The notes under the pieces: model-generated | Database searches by the model: none | Told to the model about the DNA's origin: nothing | Seen by the model: only the letters and a program-made list of their open reading frames with translations | Shown: piece by piece, positions 24,930 to 39,039 of the stretch | How positions within the stretch are numbered: position 1 is the first letter of the stretch | How the letters are laid out: every line of letters starts with the position of its first letter | Translations under genes and position numbers: made by a program | From: Lingula anatina | Taxonomy: Eukaryota; Animalia; Brachiopoda | DNA length: 64,000 bases | Reading direction: 5' to 3' | NCBI GenBank assembly: GCA_051362555.1 | Contig: CM120649.1 | Location: 18,118,567 to 18,182,566 of the forward strand

Positions 24930-27825
24930 TACACATTTTCACCCTCCATGCATCTGTTCAGACTCGTTCTCACTCTCGTAAGCAATCACAATATTATTAT
25001 AAACTTGGTTCCTCGTGTATTGATTACTTCCTGGCGTATTTTTGTCTTCTGGTCATGTTTTATTTAATATTAGTGACGTGGACTTCCAAAATGAGTGATA
25101 TTTTAATCGTGCGTCTTTAAACATAGCCACTCGAGCGCTTATGACACGTTTGCAAATTGCACATTTTTTTTACCGGTAACTGTTTAACAATATAATAAAC
25201 TGGTTTTCCAGTTGGTAGTGTTGTTCGAGAGACCAAATGATCGGATGTCACAGCCACAGTAAACACGGTGGGGACGACAGACCCAAGAAATTTTACCATG
25301 TCGAGCTACTTTAGATAGACATATGAAAGGTTATCACAGTTATTTATGATGGTATCTGACTAGATCCATTCCCACATCCACATATGGCCGTCTCAAGCAG
25401 TATAGGTGTTCTGCTATTTACATTCCGTAGAAAGTTGCCTCGGCTTCAAATGTCCACCACCATGCCCAAATTGTTTACATTAATTTAACAATTTCATCAG
25501 CTCGTACACACCTTATACAAAAAAATCCCTGTTTAAATAAATAGTGAAATACGTTTATTTTTGCCCTCCAATATTTCAGTGGCCATCGCGTCGCTTTTAT
25601 TTGGGATTGCTCCGCTAATTCACACGTCAGGTAGAGGTGAAAATCAAGCCTATTTCCTTTGTACTCGGAATTTTTTTTAAGTATAACTGAAATTTCTTTG
25701 TAAATTACCTATCCTCACACCCCATAATTTTTTTTTCTAAATGAAAAAAAAAAAAAAAAACACAAAGTAGTCGTCTAAGAAAACCTTCAAGCCTTTCATA
25801 ATCCCAACCTAATAATCTAAATAATTTGATATACACATATATGTACTATCACGTCTCTTATTAATTGGATTAGATAGCGAGTTCGCTATTTAAATGTTAA
25901 CCGAGGAGGTCTGCCTGTAAAAGCTATTATGACAAGCAGTCCCCAGGTAGTTAACTCCACGGCGGCTTAAATGATCGCTTTTTCTGTTCATTTTTCCATC
26001 ACTACAAAGTGTTCGGGATAATACTCACACAAAGACCCGACGTGGTTTTATTCACTAGTATTTCCTCCTCAATGTTTACTGCAGTTGCTAACCTCAATTA
26101 ACGAAATTAAGGAAGCAATTATGTGATGGTATATTTTTATGAAAAGAGTCAACAGATACATTTCTCTAAGCGTTTAAAAGTGGGGATATAGCGTTCTAAA
26201 GACAGGGAAGAGAGGAAAGTCTGATAGATCGGGAGAGGGAGAGGGAGATATGTCTTCAAATCGGCAGACTTCCGACGTCTCTTTCCATAGCCTTTGAATT
26301 TTTAATAAATGTGCTATAATTTTTGTTAAAAAATCGTTTTTGAGTTATCCGTATCTTTTATTATCATACAATTATTGATGTTACGTTATATGAGGTAATG
26401 CTAAGGTTTCGGGCACAGTGTGTTTTCCGTCAACACAAGAATAGAAAAAAATCAATATCAAGAATCAATTACCAGACGAAAACATCGCATTTTAAGCGAA
26501 GCGCAAACCACGTCATTATGGAATAGATTCACAAAAAGCAATAACTGCGTGAATATTAAGTATGAAAAATAAATAAAAACCAAATTGTAGCAAATTCCAT
26601 GCAAAATTAGATAAACAGGGTGAAGAAAAGAGTGACTGACTGAAAAGTATTAATAGTACACATACATTTTACGTAATGTCCTGCCAACCTGTGCAATGGC
26701 TCCTTGTTCGTACCAAGAAATGCGTTTTAGAAATACGAGTTAAATATCCCAAAAAGTCAAGTTATTTTCGACGTGCACGATCCATTTTGGACAACAGTGT
26801 ATGTATGATGTATGAAAAAAATGATTTCAAATAGAAGATATGACAAAAATATTTTTAAATTATCGGACTAATTACCATTAAAAATCCTCGAAAATGAAGT
26901 TGGGTTTTACACTGACTTAAAACGTGCATTCACACAACACATAAACAACATAGTGCAACGAACATCTATCATATCGCGGAATTGATTGGAAGGGGGTTTC
27001 CTGCTCCTATAAACAAGCCCGCTTTTCACTCTCCAAAGCAATACATGGTACAAATGCAGAGTTCCACACATTGTTAAAGTTTGATATTTTTAGTTAATTG
27101 AAAAAACAATTTGGAACCCCGAGGTTCAGAAATGATAAGGATTTCCTTGTAAATGTACGGAGAAGAGATAGAAATGATAACATCCATCGATTAGTTCTTT
27201 TAAAAATGGAGGTACATGTATTAGTAAATAGCAGTATGCCTCCTCCGGTTTCAGGAACTTCTCAATCTCATACATGTGAAGTTATAGTAATGATAGAATG
27301 AGAATTGGTCTCAGTGAACTGTAAATAACCACATTACATCTTATATTACACATTTAACTTTAATTTACACCTTAATTGCCTCCATAAAAAAAGCGTATTA
27401 GTTTTTGTAGTTATGATAAACGATCCAAAACGTGCCGTCTGGATATACAATTTGTAGGTGGCATATCTCTTTATGAAAGTTCTGCACTCAACAAATCCTT
27501 TTGAACCATGTGTAATTGAAAAGGTTCAGACGAAATTTATCGTTGCCAAAAAAGCCAATACATAAAAATGATATGCTCACGTACAATAGTAATAGTCGAT
27601 TATCTGTCACGTTGTGGCAACATAATCATTTTGTACACAGTCAACAATAAAAAAGCACCAAAGCGTACACATTATACGGAATAAAGAGTTGATACATTGA
27701 TTTTTTTTTTCAGTTTCCCACTGCCATACCAGAAACGATGGCCCAAAGCATGAGATAATGCTGTCGAGTTAAATCTACATCAGGGTGAATATGCTAGCTG
27801 GAGCTTGTGATATAACAGAATCGTT
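24930..27825. repeat. ~2.9-kb segmental duplication (partner ~31605-34635; right part again at ~51525-52005)
   Basis: Collinear near-identical text from ACACATTTTCACCCTCCATGCATC through GGAGCTTGTGATATAACAGAATCG in both blocks. Confidence 0.9.
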
Positions 27826-28634
27826 TTTGGGGTGAAAAATGTTATCGCTTTCAAACAAATCACTTTCACCTAAACAGCTAACGACTTTGTTTTAAGGTGT
27901 ATTGTATCAAAACGATAAGTCCTCCTATTAGGTGCCAGGAAATTACTTTGAAAAGTGAACTTCTTATTTTCTCAGCTACATGTAACAACGCTGTTATAAC
28001 GCATATTGAACCACACCGATACATCCTTTAATTAAGTGCAATATTTTGAAAAGTGAACTTCCAAATTATCAGTAAAGATGCCAAACAAAAGTTTTGTTAA
28101 TTGCAACATCGTAATTAACGGGCTCTTAAAACTAAAAAAATGTTTAACCAAAGCAATGGTTACAGGCGCCAGACTATGATTAACACACTAGTCGTCAAGC
28201 ACGCGTCTTCATGATAATGTATTACTTAGTTACGGTGTTACACAGGAAAGTGATTGCTTTCTCGTGCCAATTTACGAAGCAGCGAAAATGGCTATTGACG
28301 TTTTGTTTTTTTTATTTTTTTTTTTATTTTTAAGTCAAATTAAAATGATCCCTCTTGAGACCATGTCGTCTTCACACTAGTTTAGGTCAGTCTTGGGAGC
28401 GATCACCACCTGCACATTTCTAATACAATATGAATGGTCAGTTTTTACAACACTACCCCAGCGTGGCATATCATCTAATAATATACATGTATATTCAGCT
28501 TAGCACATCAATATCATTTAATTGTTTCACAACGATAGGAGATACTTAAAAGGCATGTACGTTACGTAGTCATGAATACTTCTCTGGGGTATTTCTGAAG
28601 TGATTTAGCCACATTTATTAGTCTCGTCCTACAC

Positions 28635-31229
28635 TTAACCCAAGCAGATGTCCTCATAATATTCAGAACCAGTGTCTGCCTGCAAGTCGCTGGACTGGGC
28701 AGTACTGGGCAGAAGTTCACAGACACATTGGTCATTTCCTGCACAGAGAACGTTTATGGCCGCACACTTCCAGTGTTGCATACAAGAGATGCTGCATTCG
28801 GTGAGGCTGCGGACATTCAGCGTGGATATGGGCACAAGGCTTGCACGAGCATCTGCAGCTACCTGCTGGAACGTGGTTGCACTTGAAATACCTATACAAA
28901 AACATAAGTAAAATATGGGACCTACAAAACTCATAACAAGGACATGTCAGTAGGTGACTCACCGGTTATTTCAACGTTGAATTAATCAAAAAATGTTAAT
29001 AGATACACGTAATTTTAGGCACCTATTAAAACTCATATTAATGTACATATAAGTACGCAAAGTGAAATACTGTAAACTCACCATGAACCTCCACCTCACA
29101 AAGCTGCAAGTAACTATAGTCACTACCAACTTTAATGATCAAGACATATCGTCCTCTCAATGGTGACCCACAGGACAGAGACGTGGTCCCCACAGGTGCC
29201 ACCCCCGGGTAACTGGCGCAGAGTTTGTACTGGGTGAATGATGAATTATTCTCATAAGAGGTTCCGACTCTCACTTCGAAATTATTCAAACGGTCAGCTG
29301 AAAATAAAAAGTGGCTAATATTTAAATCTAATATTACACATGTAGCGGCAAAGTAAACAGTAGATCAGGGTCCTGTATCTCGAAAGCTTCGCTATGTTGC
29401 GCACGTGCGCGAGCATGGCGAGCGTGCGCTGCAATTGCAACCGCCTGCTATCTCGAAGCCTTATACCCCCTTTACACTGGACGGCGTCCTTTCTGCGTCC
29501 TTTCTGCGACCATGAAATTGGCATCGCTGTGGTCGTAATAAGGAGGCACGAGCATTTATTTGGTATCAGAATGAATGCTCAATGATCGGCCAGTTGTCTG
29601 CACGTTAAGTATTTTTATTTTTTTACTCTCAAACGGGGCCGTACTGCTGGACGCAGAAAGGACGCCGTCTAGTGTAAAGGGGGCTTTAGCAAACGCTACG
29701 CAATTATAACCTCAAACTCTACTAAAATTCGATTGCCGCAGAAATGTAATTTTTTTCACCATGACGCAAATTAAGAGGTTGTTTTTATTTATAGGAATAT
29801 CATAATTACAAATACTGATATTTGAAGTATTTGACACTGATAAAATGTCAAAAAACAATTAAATAAGCGAAGCTTGGACTGACACAATTACTGACACATT
29901 AGTGAGTAGTGTTCAGTCTCACAATAATAGACATTGAGGAAAGTCACGGTGCGACCGAATGCTTTGTTTCTGCTTTTTCATTTTGTGTAGAAAATGACAC
30001 TTTTAAATTTATTGTTATTATCAATAGACTATACACAGATAATTAAATTCACCAGAAAATATAAAATAATGTATGAAATGTTTAATTTTGAAATTTTTCT
30101 CCATAATAAAACATGACTTTAGCATTTTTCACGTGAATATTTACAGCAATTTTTTTCTATCAGAGGTACCAGTGATTCAATCAATTAAAAGCTTCCATGT
30201 TTTTGTTACATGTTTTATTATATGCTATTATGACTAGCAACCCAAACTTGCCACCATGTTTAATTACATGAAAGACACATTAAAATGACAAATTATGCAT
30301 ACGCAGAGGCCATTGCGACTAGTTTGTATCGCCGCAAATAATAGCCTCGAAACTAATGGTGATTTCGCCATTAGCGCACGGCCGGGATTTGCGAAGCTTT
30401 CGAGATATGGGATAGCGCACGCTCGCCATACTTGCGAACGCTCGCCACAAGCAAAGCTTTTGAGATACGGGGCCCTGATATAAAAACCGTACGAAGTAGG
30501 TAGATACGCGTATACATATAGATAAAATGTCACTATTATTAAAAATACATGTTGCTACACGATATCTCGTCTTATTTTCACATGCATAATCATAATAGGA
30601 TTGCACTAACCGCCCAAAACTTTGATCTACGGCAATAAAAGCGTGAATTGCGATAATGATACATCTTCAGTATATATAAATATAAACCAAAGGACTTACA
30701 GCAGCAGTCGCCACGGTTTGTTATGATAACACCGGCCACTCTCGCCGTGGTTTCTAAGTCCACCAGCCACCATTGACCTTGACCACCATTAGTATTGGAA
30801 CAACTCCCATGGGACAAGACGTCGTCATAGTTACCATCCACAGCGAGCCTGGCATCGCATGTGTGGTAGGTGGAACTTTGGTTGGCGGGTTTGCCTTTTG
30901 CCAAATTGCAACCTCTGCATAGTGACCCATCTGAAAGATACCAATGTCATCAGTTATTATTATCATGGTTATTATTATAAATATAACAATAAATATTAAA
31001 TATCTTTTTCATTCTAAATCGGATTGAAAGGACATTACAGAACAATTTTAATTTCAGAAACAAATATCTTACCACATGGATGAATAATGTCCCAAAAACA
31101 TATTTTCAGCTCTATGAAAAATCAATTATAAAACATCGCTTTTGTCTAGTGCATTTGTCTAGTGCCTCTGCAAAACTTACCCAAATATATGACAGTAACT
31201 CCGAGAAAAAGCAGTCTTAGGACCACCAT
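28635..31229 (-). CDS. Secreted F-type lectin + PAN/apple protein, copy 4 (exons 31229-31181, 30930-30700, 29297-29082, 28891-28635)
   Basis: Phase-1 GT-AG introns, open frame. CSNT replaces CxHT; NRGDCCSDRL; stop two codons earlier than copies 7 and 9 (CAA>TAA). Confidence 0.85.
29369..30474. mobile_element. PIF/Harbinger-like MITE in intron 2 of copy 4
   Basis: TIRs GGTCCTGTATCTCGAAAGCTT / AAGCTTTTGAGATACGGGGCC flanked by CAG/CTG; copy 6 shows the empty site TAGATCAGATATAAAA (~43446-43461). Superfamily inferred from the 3-bp CWG target. Confidence 0.8.
29464..29685. mobile_element. Nested 222-bp MITE, TTA target duplication (Harbinger-like)
   Basis: CCCCCTTTACACTGGACGGCGTCCTTTCTGCGTCC ... 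GGACGCAGAAAGGACGCCGTCTAGTGTAAAGGGGG, TTA on both sides; empty site CGAAGCCTTAGCAAAC at ~36290 and ~53097. A related fragment lies at ~41350-41430. Confidence 0.88.
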
Positions 31230-31535
31230 GCTATAGTCACACACCTCGTTATCCAGCAGCTGCAGATTGCAGACAAATCAAGAAAATGTCCCGTTGTTGT
31301 CTCGGATGGTGATCTGATAAGAGTGGAGTGATTGCAAAGAAGATGAAAAGTTCAATTGATGCTGTAATATTCAAAATAGCACTAATATAAATGTCATTCA
31401 TTAGTTACCTAAATGATGGATAGGAAATGTAATCGGGTGTTTTCTAATTGTATACTGCATAAAATCGAACCTTATCAAAATTTCATCTCATCCTATTATT
31501 GTAACATCTTTTCGTCCTTTTGATGCTGCATATCA

Positions 31536-31600
<65 letters not shown>

Positions 31601-32492
31601 ACTTCACACATTTTCACCCTCCATGCATCTGTTCAGACTCGTTCTCACTCTCGTAAGCAATCACAATATTATTATAAACTTGGTTCCTCATGTATTGATT
31701 ACTTCCTGGCGTATTTTTGTCTCCTGATCATGTTTTATATAATATTAGTGATGTGAACATCAAAATGAGTGATATTTTAATCGTGCGTCTTTAAACATAT
31801 CCACTCGAGCTCTCATGATCGATGACACGTTTGCAAATTGCACATTGTTTTACCGGTAACTGTTCATTTAACATTATAGTAAACTGGTTTTCCAGTTGGT
31901 AGTGTTGTTCGAGGGACCAAATGATCGGATGTCACAGCCACAGTAAACACGGTGGGGACGACAGACCCAAGAAATTTTACCATGTCGGGCTACTTTAGAT
32001 AGACATATTCAATGTTACACAGTTGTTTATGATGGTATATTACTAGATCCATTCCCACATCCACATATGGCTGTCTCAAGCAGTAAAGGTGTTTTCTATT
32101 TATATCTTAATTATTCTTCGATTTACATCCCATGCGGTGCTCCTTCATAATGGTTTGCTGGATGCTATAGCCAAAAAGGAAAGCCCGTAGAAAGTTGCCT
32201 CTGCTTCAAATGTTCACCACCATGCCTAAATTGTTTGCATTAATTTAACAATTTCATCAGCTCGTATACACCTTATACAAAGTACAAGCCTGTTTAAATA
32301 AATAGTGAAATACGTTTATTTTTGCCCTCCAATATTTCAGTGGCCATCGCGTCGCTTTTACTGGGGATTGTTCCGCTAATTCACACGTCAGGTAGAGGTG
32401 ACAATCAAGCCTATTTCCTTTGTACTCGGAATTTTTTCAAAGTATAACTGAAATTTCTTTGTAAATTACCTATCCTCACACCCCATTAAATT

Positions 32493-32555
<63 letters not shown>

Positions 32556-34780
32556 TTGTAAATGAAAAAAAATCAAAGTAGTATTCTAAGAAGACCTTCA
32601 AGCCTTTCATAATCCCAACCTAATAATCTAAATAATTTGATCTACACATATAGGTACTATCACGTCTCTTATTAATTGGATTAGATAGCGAGTTTGCTAT
32701 TTAAATGTTAACCAAGGAGGTCTGCCTGTAAAAGCTATTATGACAAGCAGTCCCCAGGTAGTTACTCCACGGCGGCTTAAATGATCGCTTTTTTTTTCTG
32801 TTCTTTTTCCATCACTACACAGACAAAGTGTTCAGGTTAATACTCACACAAAGACCCGACGTGGTTTTATTTTTAGTATTTCCTCCTCATTGTTTACTGC
32901 AGTTGCTAACCTCAATTAACAAAATTAGGGAAGCAATTATGTGACGGTATATTTTTATGAAAACAGTCAACAGATATATTTCTCTAAGCGTTTAAAAGTG
33001 GGGATAAAGCGTTCTAACGACAGGGAAGAGAGGAAAGTCTGATAGATCGGGAGCGGGAGATATGTCTTCAAATCGGCAGACTTCCGACGTCTCTTTCTAT
33101 AACCTTTGAATTTTTACTAAATGTGCTATAATTTTTGTTAAAAAATCGTTTTTGAGTTATCCGTATCTTTTATTATCATACAATAATTGATGTTACGTTA
33201 TATAAGGTTATGCTTTAAGGTTTTGGGCACAGTGTGTTTTCCGTCAACACAAGAAGAGAAAAAAATCAATATCAAGAATCAATTACCAGACGAAAACATC
33301 GCATTTTAAGCGAAGCGCAAACCACGTCATTATGGAGCAGATTCACAAAAAGTAATAACTGCGCGAATATGAAGTATGAAAAAAATAAATAAAAACCAAA
33401 ATGTAACAAATTCCATGCAAAATTAGATAAACAGGGTAAAGAAAAGAGTGACTGACTGAAAAGTATTAATAGTACACATACATTTTACGTATTGTCCTGC
33501 CAACCTGTGCAATGGCTCCTTGTTCGTACCAAGAGTTGCGTTTTAGAAATACGAGTTAAATATCCCAAAAAGTCAAGTTATTTTCGACGTGTACGATCCA
33601 TTTTGGACAACAGCGTATGTATGATGTATGAAAAAATGATTTCAAATAGAAGATATGTCAAAAAAAAATTTAAATTATCGGACTAATTACCATTAAAAAT
33701 CCTCGAAAATGAAGTTGGGTTTTACATTGACTTAAAACTTGCATTCACACAACACATAAACAACATAGTGCAACGAACATCTATCATATCGCGGAATTGA
33801 TTGGAAGGGGGTTTCCTGCTCCTATAAACGAGCTCACTTTTCACTCGCCAAAGCAATACATGGTACAAATGCAGAGTTCCACACATTGTTAAAGTTTGAT
33901 ATTTTTAGTTAATTGAAAAAACAATTTGGAACCCAAGGTTCAGAAATGATTAGGATTTCCTTGTAAATGTACGGAGAAGAGATAGAAACGATAACATCCA
34001 TCGATTAGTTCTTTTAAAAATGGAGGTACATGTTCTAGTAAATAGCAGTATGCCTCCTCCGGTTTCAGGAATTTCTCAATCTCATACATGTGAAGTTATA
34101 GTAATGATAGAATGAGAATTGGTCTCAGTGAACTGTAAATAACCACATTACATCTTATATTACACATTTAACTTTAATTTACACCTTAATTGCCTCCATA
34201 AAAAAAGCGTATTAGTTTTTGTAGTTATAATAAACGATCCAAAACGTGCCGTCTGGATATACAATTTGTAGGTGGCACATCTCTTTATGAAAGTTCTGCA
34301 CTCAATAAAACCTTTTGAACCATGTGTAATTGAAAAGGTTCAGACTAAATTTATCGTAGCCAAAAAAGCCAATACATAAAAATGATATGCTCACGTACAA
34401 TAGTAATAGTCGATTATCTGTCACGTTGTGGCAACATAATCATTTTGTACACAGTCAACAATACAAAGCACCAAAGCGCACATATTATACGGAATAAAGA
34501 GTTGATAAATTGATTTTTTTTTCAGTTTCCCACTGCCATATCAGAAACTATGGCCCAAAGCATGAGATAATGCTGTCGCGTTACATCTACATCAGGATGA
34601 ATATGCTAGCTGGAGCTTGTGATATAACAGAATCGGTGGTTTGACCCAATTATCCCTCTTGCAATCACGTCGACTAGTTTAGGTCCGTAATGTGAGCGAT
34701 CAGCACTAGCACATTCCTAATACAATATCAATGTTGAGTGGTTGACAACACTTCCCAGCGTGGCATACTGTCTAATAATA

Positions 34781-35353
34781 CCTTAAAGGCCCAGTGGGTC
34801 ACCCGTGACCCACAAGTTTGACACGTCCCCACTCACACTACACAAAATGAATCCACTTCATTTTACCATTTCCTATTCCTTATGTACTAGTTTATCCTTG
34901 TTGACCAATTAGAAACTAGGTCATTATCCTTCACTTCACTCAAATATGTCTGCCTCCATAAGAAGGCGCTAATGCTATTGTCTAGTGGGTTTTCATGTGT
35001 CTGTATTGTCATCTCAAGGTAAATAATAATTTCAATATTCTGGCTTTTCATTCTAAATACAATAGTCTTAAACCACACAGAAATGTTTTATACAGTTGTT
35101 AGCTACACTTCCAGGTTTAAATTTATTTTCTGATGTTGTTATTGTAATAAAAAGAGGTTTGTGATTTCTTGAAACTTGGTCATTTGTTTACCTCTAAAGC
35201 CCAGTGGGTCACCGGTGGAACATAACCAAAAACTAGGTCAATGTTGCCCAAAATATTTTTTTCAACATTTATTGATAAATGTGCTTATTACAACCCTATT
35301 ACCTAGGTATTTAACTTTTCATGCAAGAAAAACATGTCTTGGGCCTTTAAGGG
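34781..35353. mobile_element. piggyBac-like non-autonomous element
   Basis: CCTTAAAGGCCCA ... TGGGCCTTTAAGGG followed by TTAA; left end trimmed. Empty site ATACATATTAAGCTTTG at ~52149 in the paralogous block. Confidence 0.75.
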
Positions 35354-35468
35354 TTAAGCTTTGCACAACAAAATCATTTAATTATTTGGCAACAATAAAA
35401 AATACTTAAAAAAGACGTGTAACGAAGTCTCGAATGCTTCCCTGAAGTATTCATTTGACTGTCTCGTT

Positions 35469-37334
35469 TTACAATGTACTCAAGCAGTTGCCTTCATGAT
35501 ATTCATAGCCAGTGCTTGTCTGCAAGTCGCCGGACTGGGCAGTGTTGAGCAGTAGTTCACAGACACATTGGTCATTTCCAGCACAGAGAATGTTTATGGC
35601 CACACACTCCCAGTGTTGCACACAGGAGATGCTGCATTCGATGAGGCTGCGGACATTCAGCGTGGATATGGGCACAAGGGTTGCGCGCGCATCTGCTGCT
35701 ACCCGTTTGAACGTAGTTGTACTTGTAATACCTATACAAAAAATAACTACGGTACTTACGAAACCTGTAGCAAAGACGCGCGAGTAAGTAATTTACCTTT
35801 TTTTTCAACGTTGAATTAATCATAAATTGTGTTCATGTAAGATTAACAGATGCATGCAAACCCCTAAAAATTCATATTAATATACATATGTACGCAAAGT
35901 GAAATACTGTAAACTCACCATGAACCTCCACCTCACAAAGCTGCAAGTAACTATCGTCACTACCAACTTTAATGATCAAGACATATCGTCCTCTCAATGG
36001 TGACCCACAGGACAGAGACGTGTTCCCCACAGGTGCCACCCCCGGGTAACTGGCGCAGAGTTTGTACTGGGTGAATGATGAATTATTCTCATAAGAGGTT
36101 CCGACTCTCACTTCGAAATTATTCAAACGGTCAGCTGAAAATAAAAAGTGGCTAATATTTAAATCTAATATTACACATGTAGCGGCAAAGTAAACAGTAG
36201 ATCAGGGTCCTGTATCTCGAAAGCTTCGCTATGTTGCGCACGTGCGCGAGCATGACGAGCGTGCGCTGCGATGCAACCGCCTGCTAACTCGAAGCCTTAG
36301 CAAACGCTACGCAATTATAACCTCAAACTCTACTAAAATTCGATTGCCGCAAAAATGTAATTTTTTTCACCATGACGCAAATCAAGAGGTTGTTTTTATT
36401 TATAGGAATATCATAATTACAAATACTGATATTTGATGTATTTGACACCGATAAAATGTCAAAAAACAATTCAATAAGCGAAGCTTGGACTGACACGATT
36501 ACTGAAACATTGGTGAGTATTGTTCAGTCTCACAATGATAGACATTGAGGAAAGTCACGGTGCCATTGAATGCTTTGTTTCTGCTTTTTAATTTTGTGTA
36601 GAAAATGACACTTTTAAATTTATTATTATTATCAATAGACTACACAGATACGCAGAGGCCATTGTGACTAGTTTGTATCGCCGCAAATAATAGCCTCGAA
36701 ACTAATGCTGATTTCGCCATTAGCGCACGGCCGCAATTTGCGAAGCTTTCGAGATATGGGATAGCGCACGCTCGCCATGCTTGCGCACGCTCGCCACAAG
36801 CGAAGCTTTTGAGATACGGGGCCCTGATATAAAAACCGTACGAAGTAGGTAGATACGCGTATACATATAGATAAAATGTCGCTATTATTAAAAATACATG
36901 TTGCTACACGATATCTCGTCTTATTTTCACATGCATAATCATAATAGGATCGCACTAAGTTAGTAACCGCCCAAAACTTTGATCTACGGCAATAAAAGCG
37001 TGAATTGCGATAATGATACATCTTCAGTATATATAAATATTAAACCAAAGGACTTACAACAGCAGTCGCCACGGTTTGTTATGATAACACCGGCCACACT
37101 CGCCGTGGTTTCTAAGTCCACCAGCCACCATTGACCCTGACCAAGATCAGTATGGCTACATCTCCCATTGGACATGACGTTGTCATAGTTACCATCCACA
37201 GCACGACTGGCAGGGTGCACACCGTTCACATTTACGTAAGTGGTGCTTTGGTAGGCGGGTTTGCCTTTAGCCAAATTTTGCGTGCAGCCTCTGCATAGTG
37301 CCCCATCTGCCGGAGAGAGATACCAACCACATCA

Positions 37335-37379
<45 letters not shown>

Positions 37380-37488
37380 TGCAAGTATAAACTGAATACT
37401 ACAAAAAAATTTGCCAAGTGCTGTTTCTGCTTAACTTACCCAAAAATATCACAGTTACTCCGGCAAAAAGCACTCTTAAGGCCATCAT
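35469..37488 (-). CDS. Secreted F-type lectin + PAN/apple protein, copy 5 (exons 37488-37440, 37306-37058, 36134-35919, 35731-35469)
   Basis: Exon lengths 49/249/216/263, phase-1 introns, open frame; leader MMALRVLFAGVTVIFL; CSHT...NRGDCCSDRL. Confidence 0.87.
36206..36823. mobile_element. Internally deleted copy of the intron-2 MITE (copy 5)
   Basis: Same TIRs and insertion site as 29369-30474; deletion junction GACTACACAGATACGCAGAGG at ~36640-36658. Confidence 0.85.
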
Positions 37489-38615
37489 CCTGTATTTATT
37501 CCCTCGTTATTCCAGCAGCTGCCAATGGCAGAAATCATGAAACTATTTCGTTCATGCCCTGGATGATAATTTTGCTGTGAGTGGAGTGACTGCAGAGAAA
37601 CAGAGGGAAATGTTAGATTTATTGACGCTTGAACATTAAAAAGAGGATGTTTTTTATGTGTACGTCGCATGGAATCGACAAAAAGCACTCTTAATGTCAT
37701 CATTCTTTATTCTTAATGTTATCATCCCAGCAGCTGCCGATGGTAGAAATCAACACAATATTCCGTTCATGCCCTGGGTGATTTTGCCGAGAGTGGAGTG
37801 ACTGAAGAGAAACAGAGTAAAATGTTAGATCAATTTTTTTTTTTTTTTTTGCGTCGCATGGAATCGAACCTTATCAAAAAGCGACTCACTATTACCATTT
37901 CTACTATTCGCCCTAATAGTGCTTCTAAGGTCAGTCACATAATACATGTTCTCTTTTTTCTATGGCATTGTTATATTAGTAGTACATTTTTATTTATGTA
38001 ATACTATGTGAATCATAAGTTAAGATAAAAAACAAATATTAAATTTATTATATAGAATGAAACATCCAAACAAATATTAAATTTATTAAAAAGTTTGAAA
38101 TAACCATTTCCTACACAATCACACTGATCAGTCTATTTTGAAAAATACGTCAATTTTCATTTCACTTGTCAAATATTTCAAATTCTAAATGTAGAAATCT
38201 ATGATAAAATGGAAAATATTACTTACAAAAACTTGAATTGACAATACTTGAAAAATCGACAGTATACCATGTATTGGTAAAAGGAAATTAAAGTTCTTAA
38301 AAGTTTAGAATTTAAAAAATATTGTACAAATACATAAACGATATACCAAAGTACAATAGACATTATCTGTCACGGTGTGGAAACAATCAAATGTACACAG
38401 CAAACAACATAAAACATAAAGGCGTACACATTAGACGGAGTAAAGAGTTGATGGCATTGATTTTTCCTGTTTCCCACTGTCCCCCACAGGATATCACCCA
38501 GAGCATGAGATACTGCTGTCACGTTAAAAATAAGTCAGGTGAATTCACTTACAAGAGCTCATGATATAACAGAATCGTTTCTGGGATGAAAAACCGTGTT
38601 ATCGCTTTCAAACAG

Positions 38616-38762
38616 GGCCTCATGTCTCAAAAGCATCGCTCATTGCGATAGCGATATCACCTTTCGTTTCGAGGCTATTATATGGGGCAAGTAAAAGCCG
38701 AGTTATGGAATCTAAAAGCTTGCGCTCGGTCGCAGTGCACGATGCTTTCGAGTTACGGGACC
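38616..38762. mobile_element. 147-bp MITE related to the intron-2 family, CAG target duplication
   Basis: CAG-GGCCTCATGTCTCAAAAGC ... GCTTTCGAGTTACGGGACC-CAG; empty site TTCAAACAGATTTC at ~45022 and ~56472. Confidence 0.75.
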
Positions 38763-39039
38763 CAGATCCCTTTCACCTAAACAGCTAACAACGCTGTTTT
38801 AACACATATTGTATCACAATGTTAAGTCCTCCAAATAGGTGCCAGGAAATTATTTTGAGAAGTAAACTTCTTATTTTCTCAGTGCAGAGCAAAGCAACGG
38901 TTTTGTTAAATGTAGCATCGTGACTAAGGGGCTCCTATCACCTACACAAAACAAATGTTAACTTAACTTAAGTACCGGATTGTGTTCACAACCCTGGTTG
39001 TCAACCATACCAATTTTCGCAGTATAGCCCCGTTTGAAA

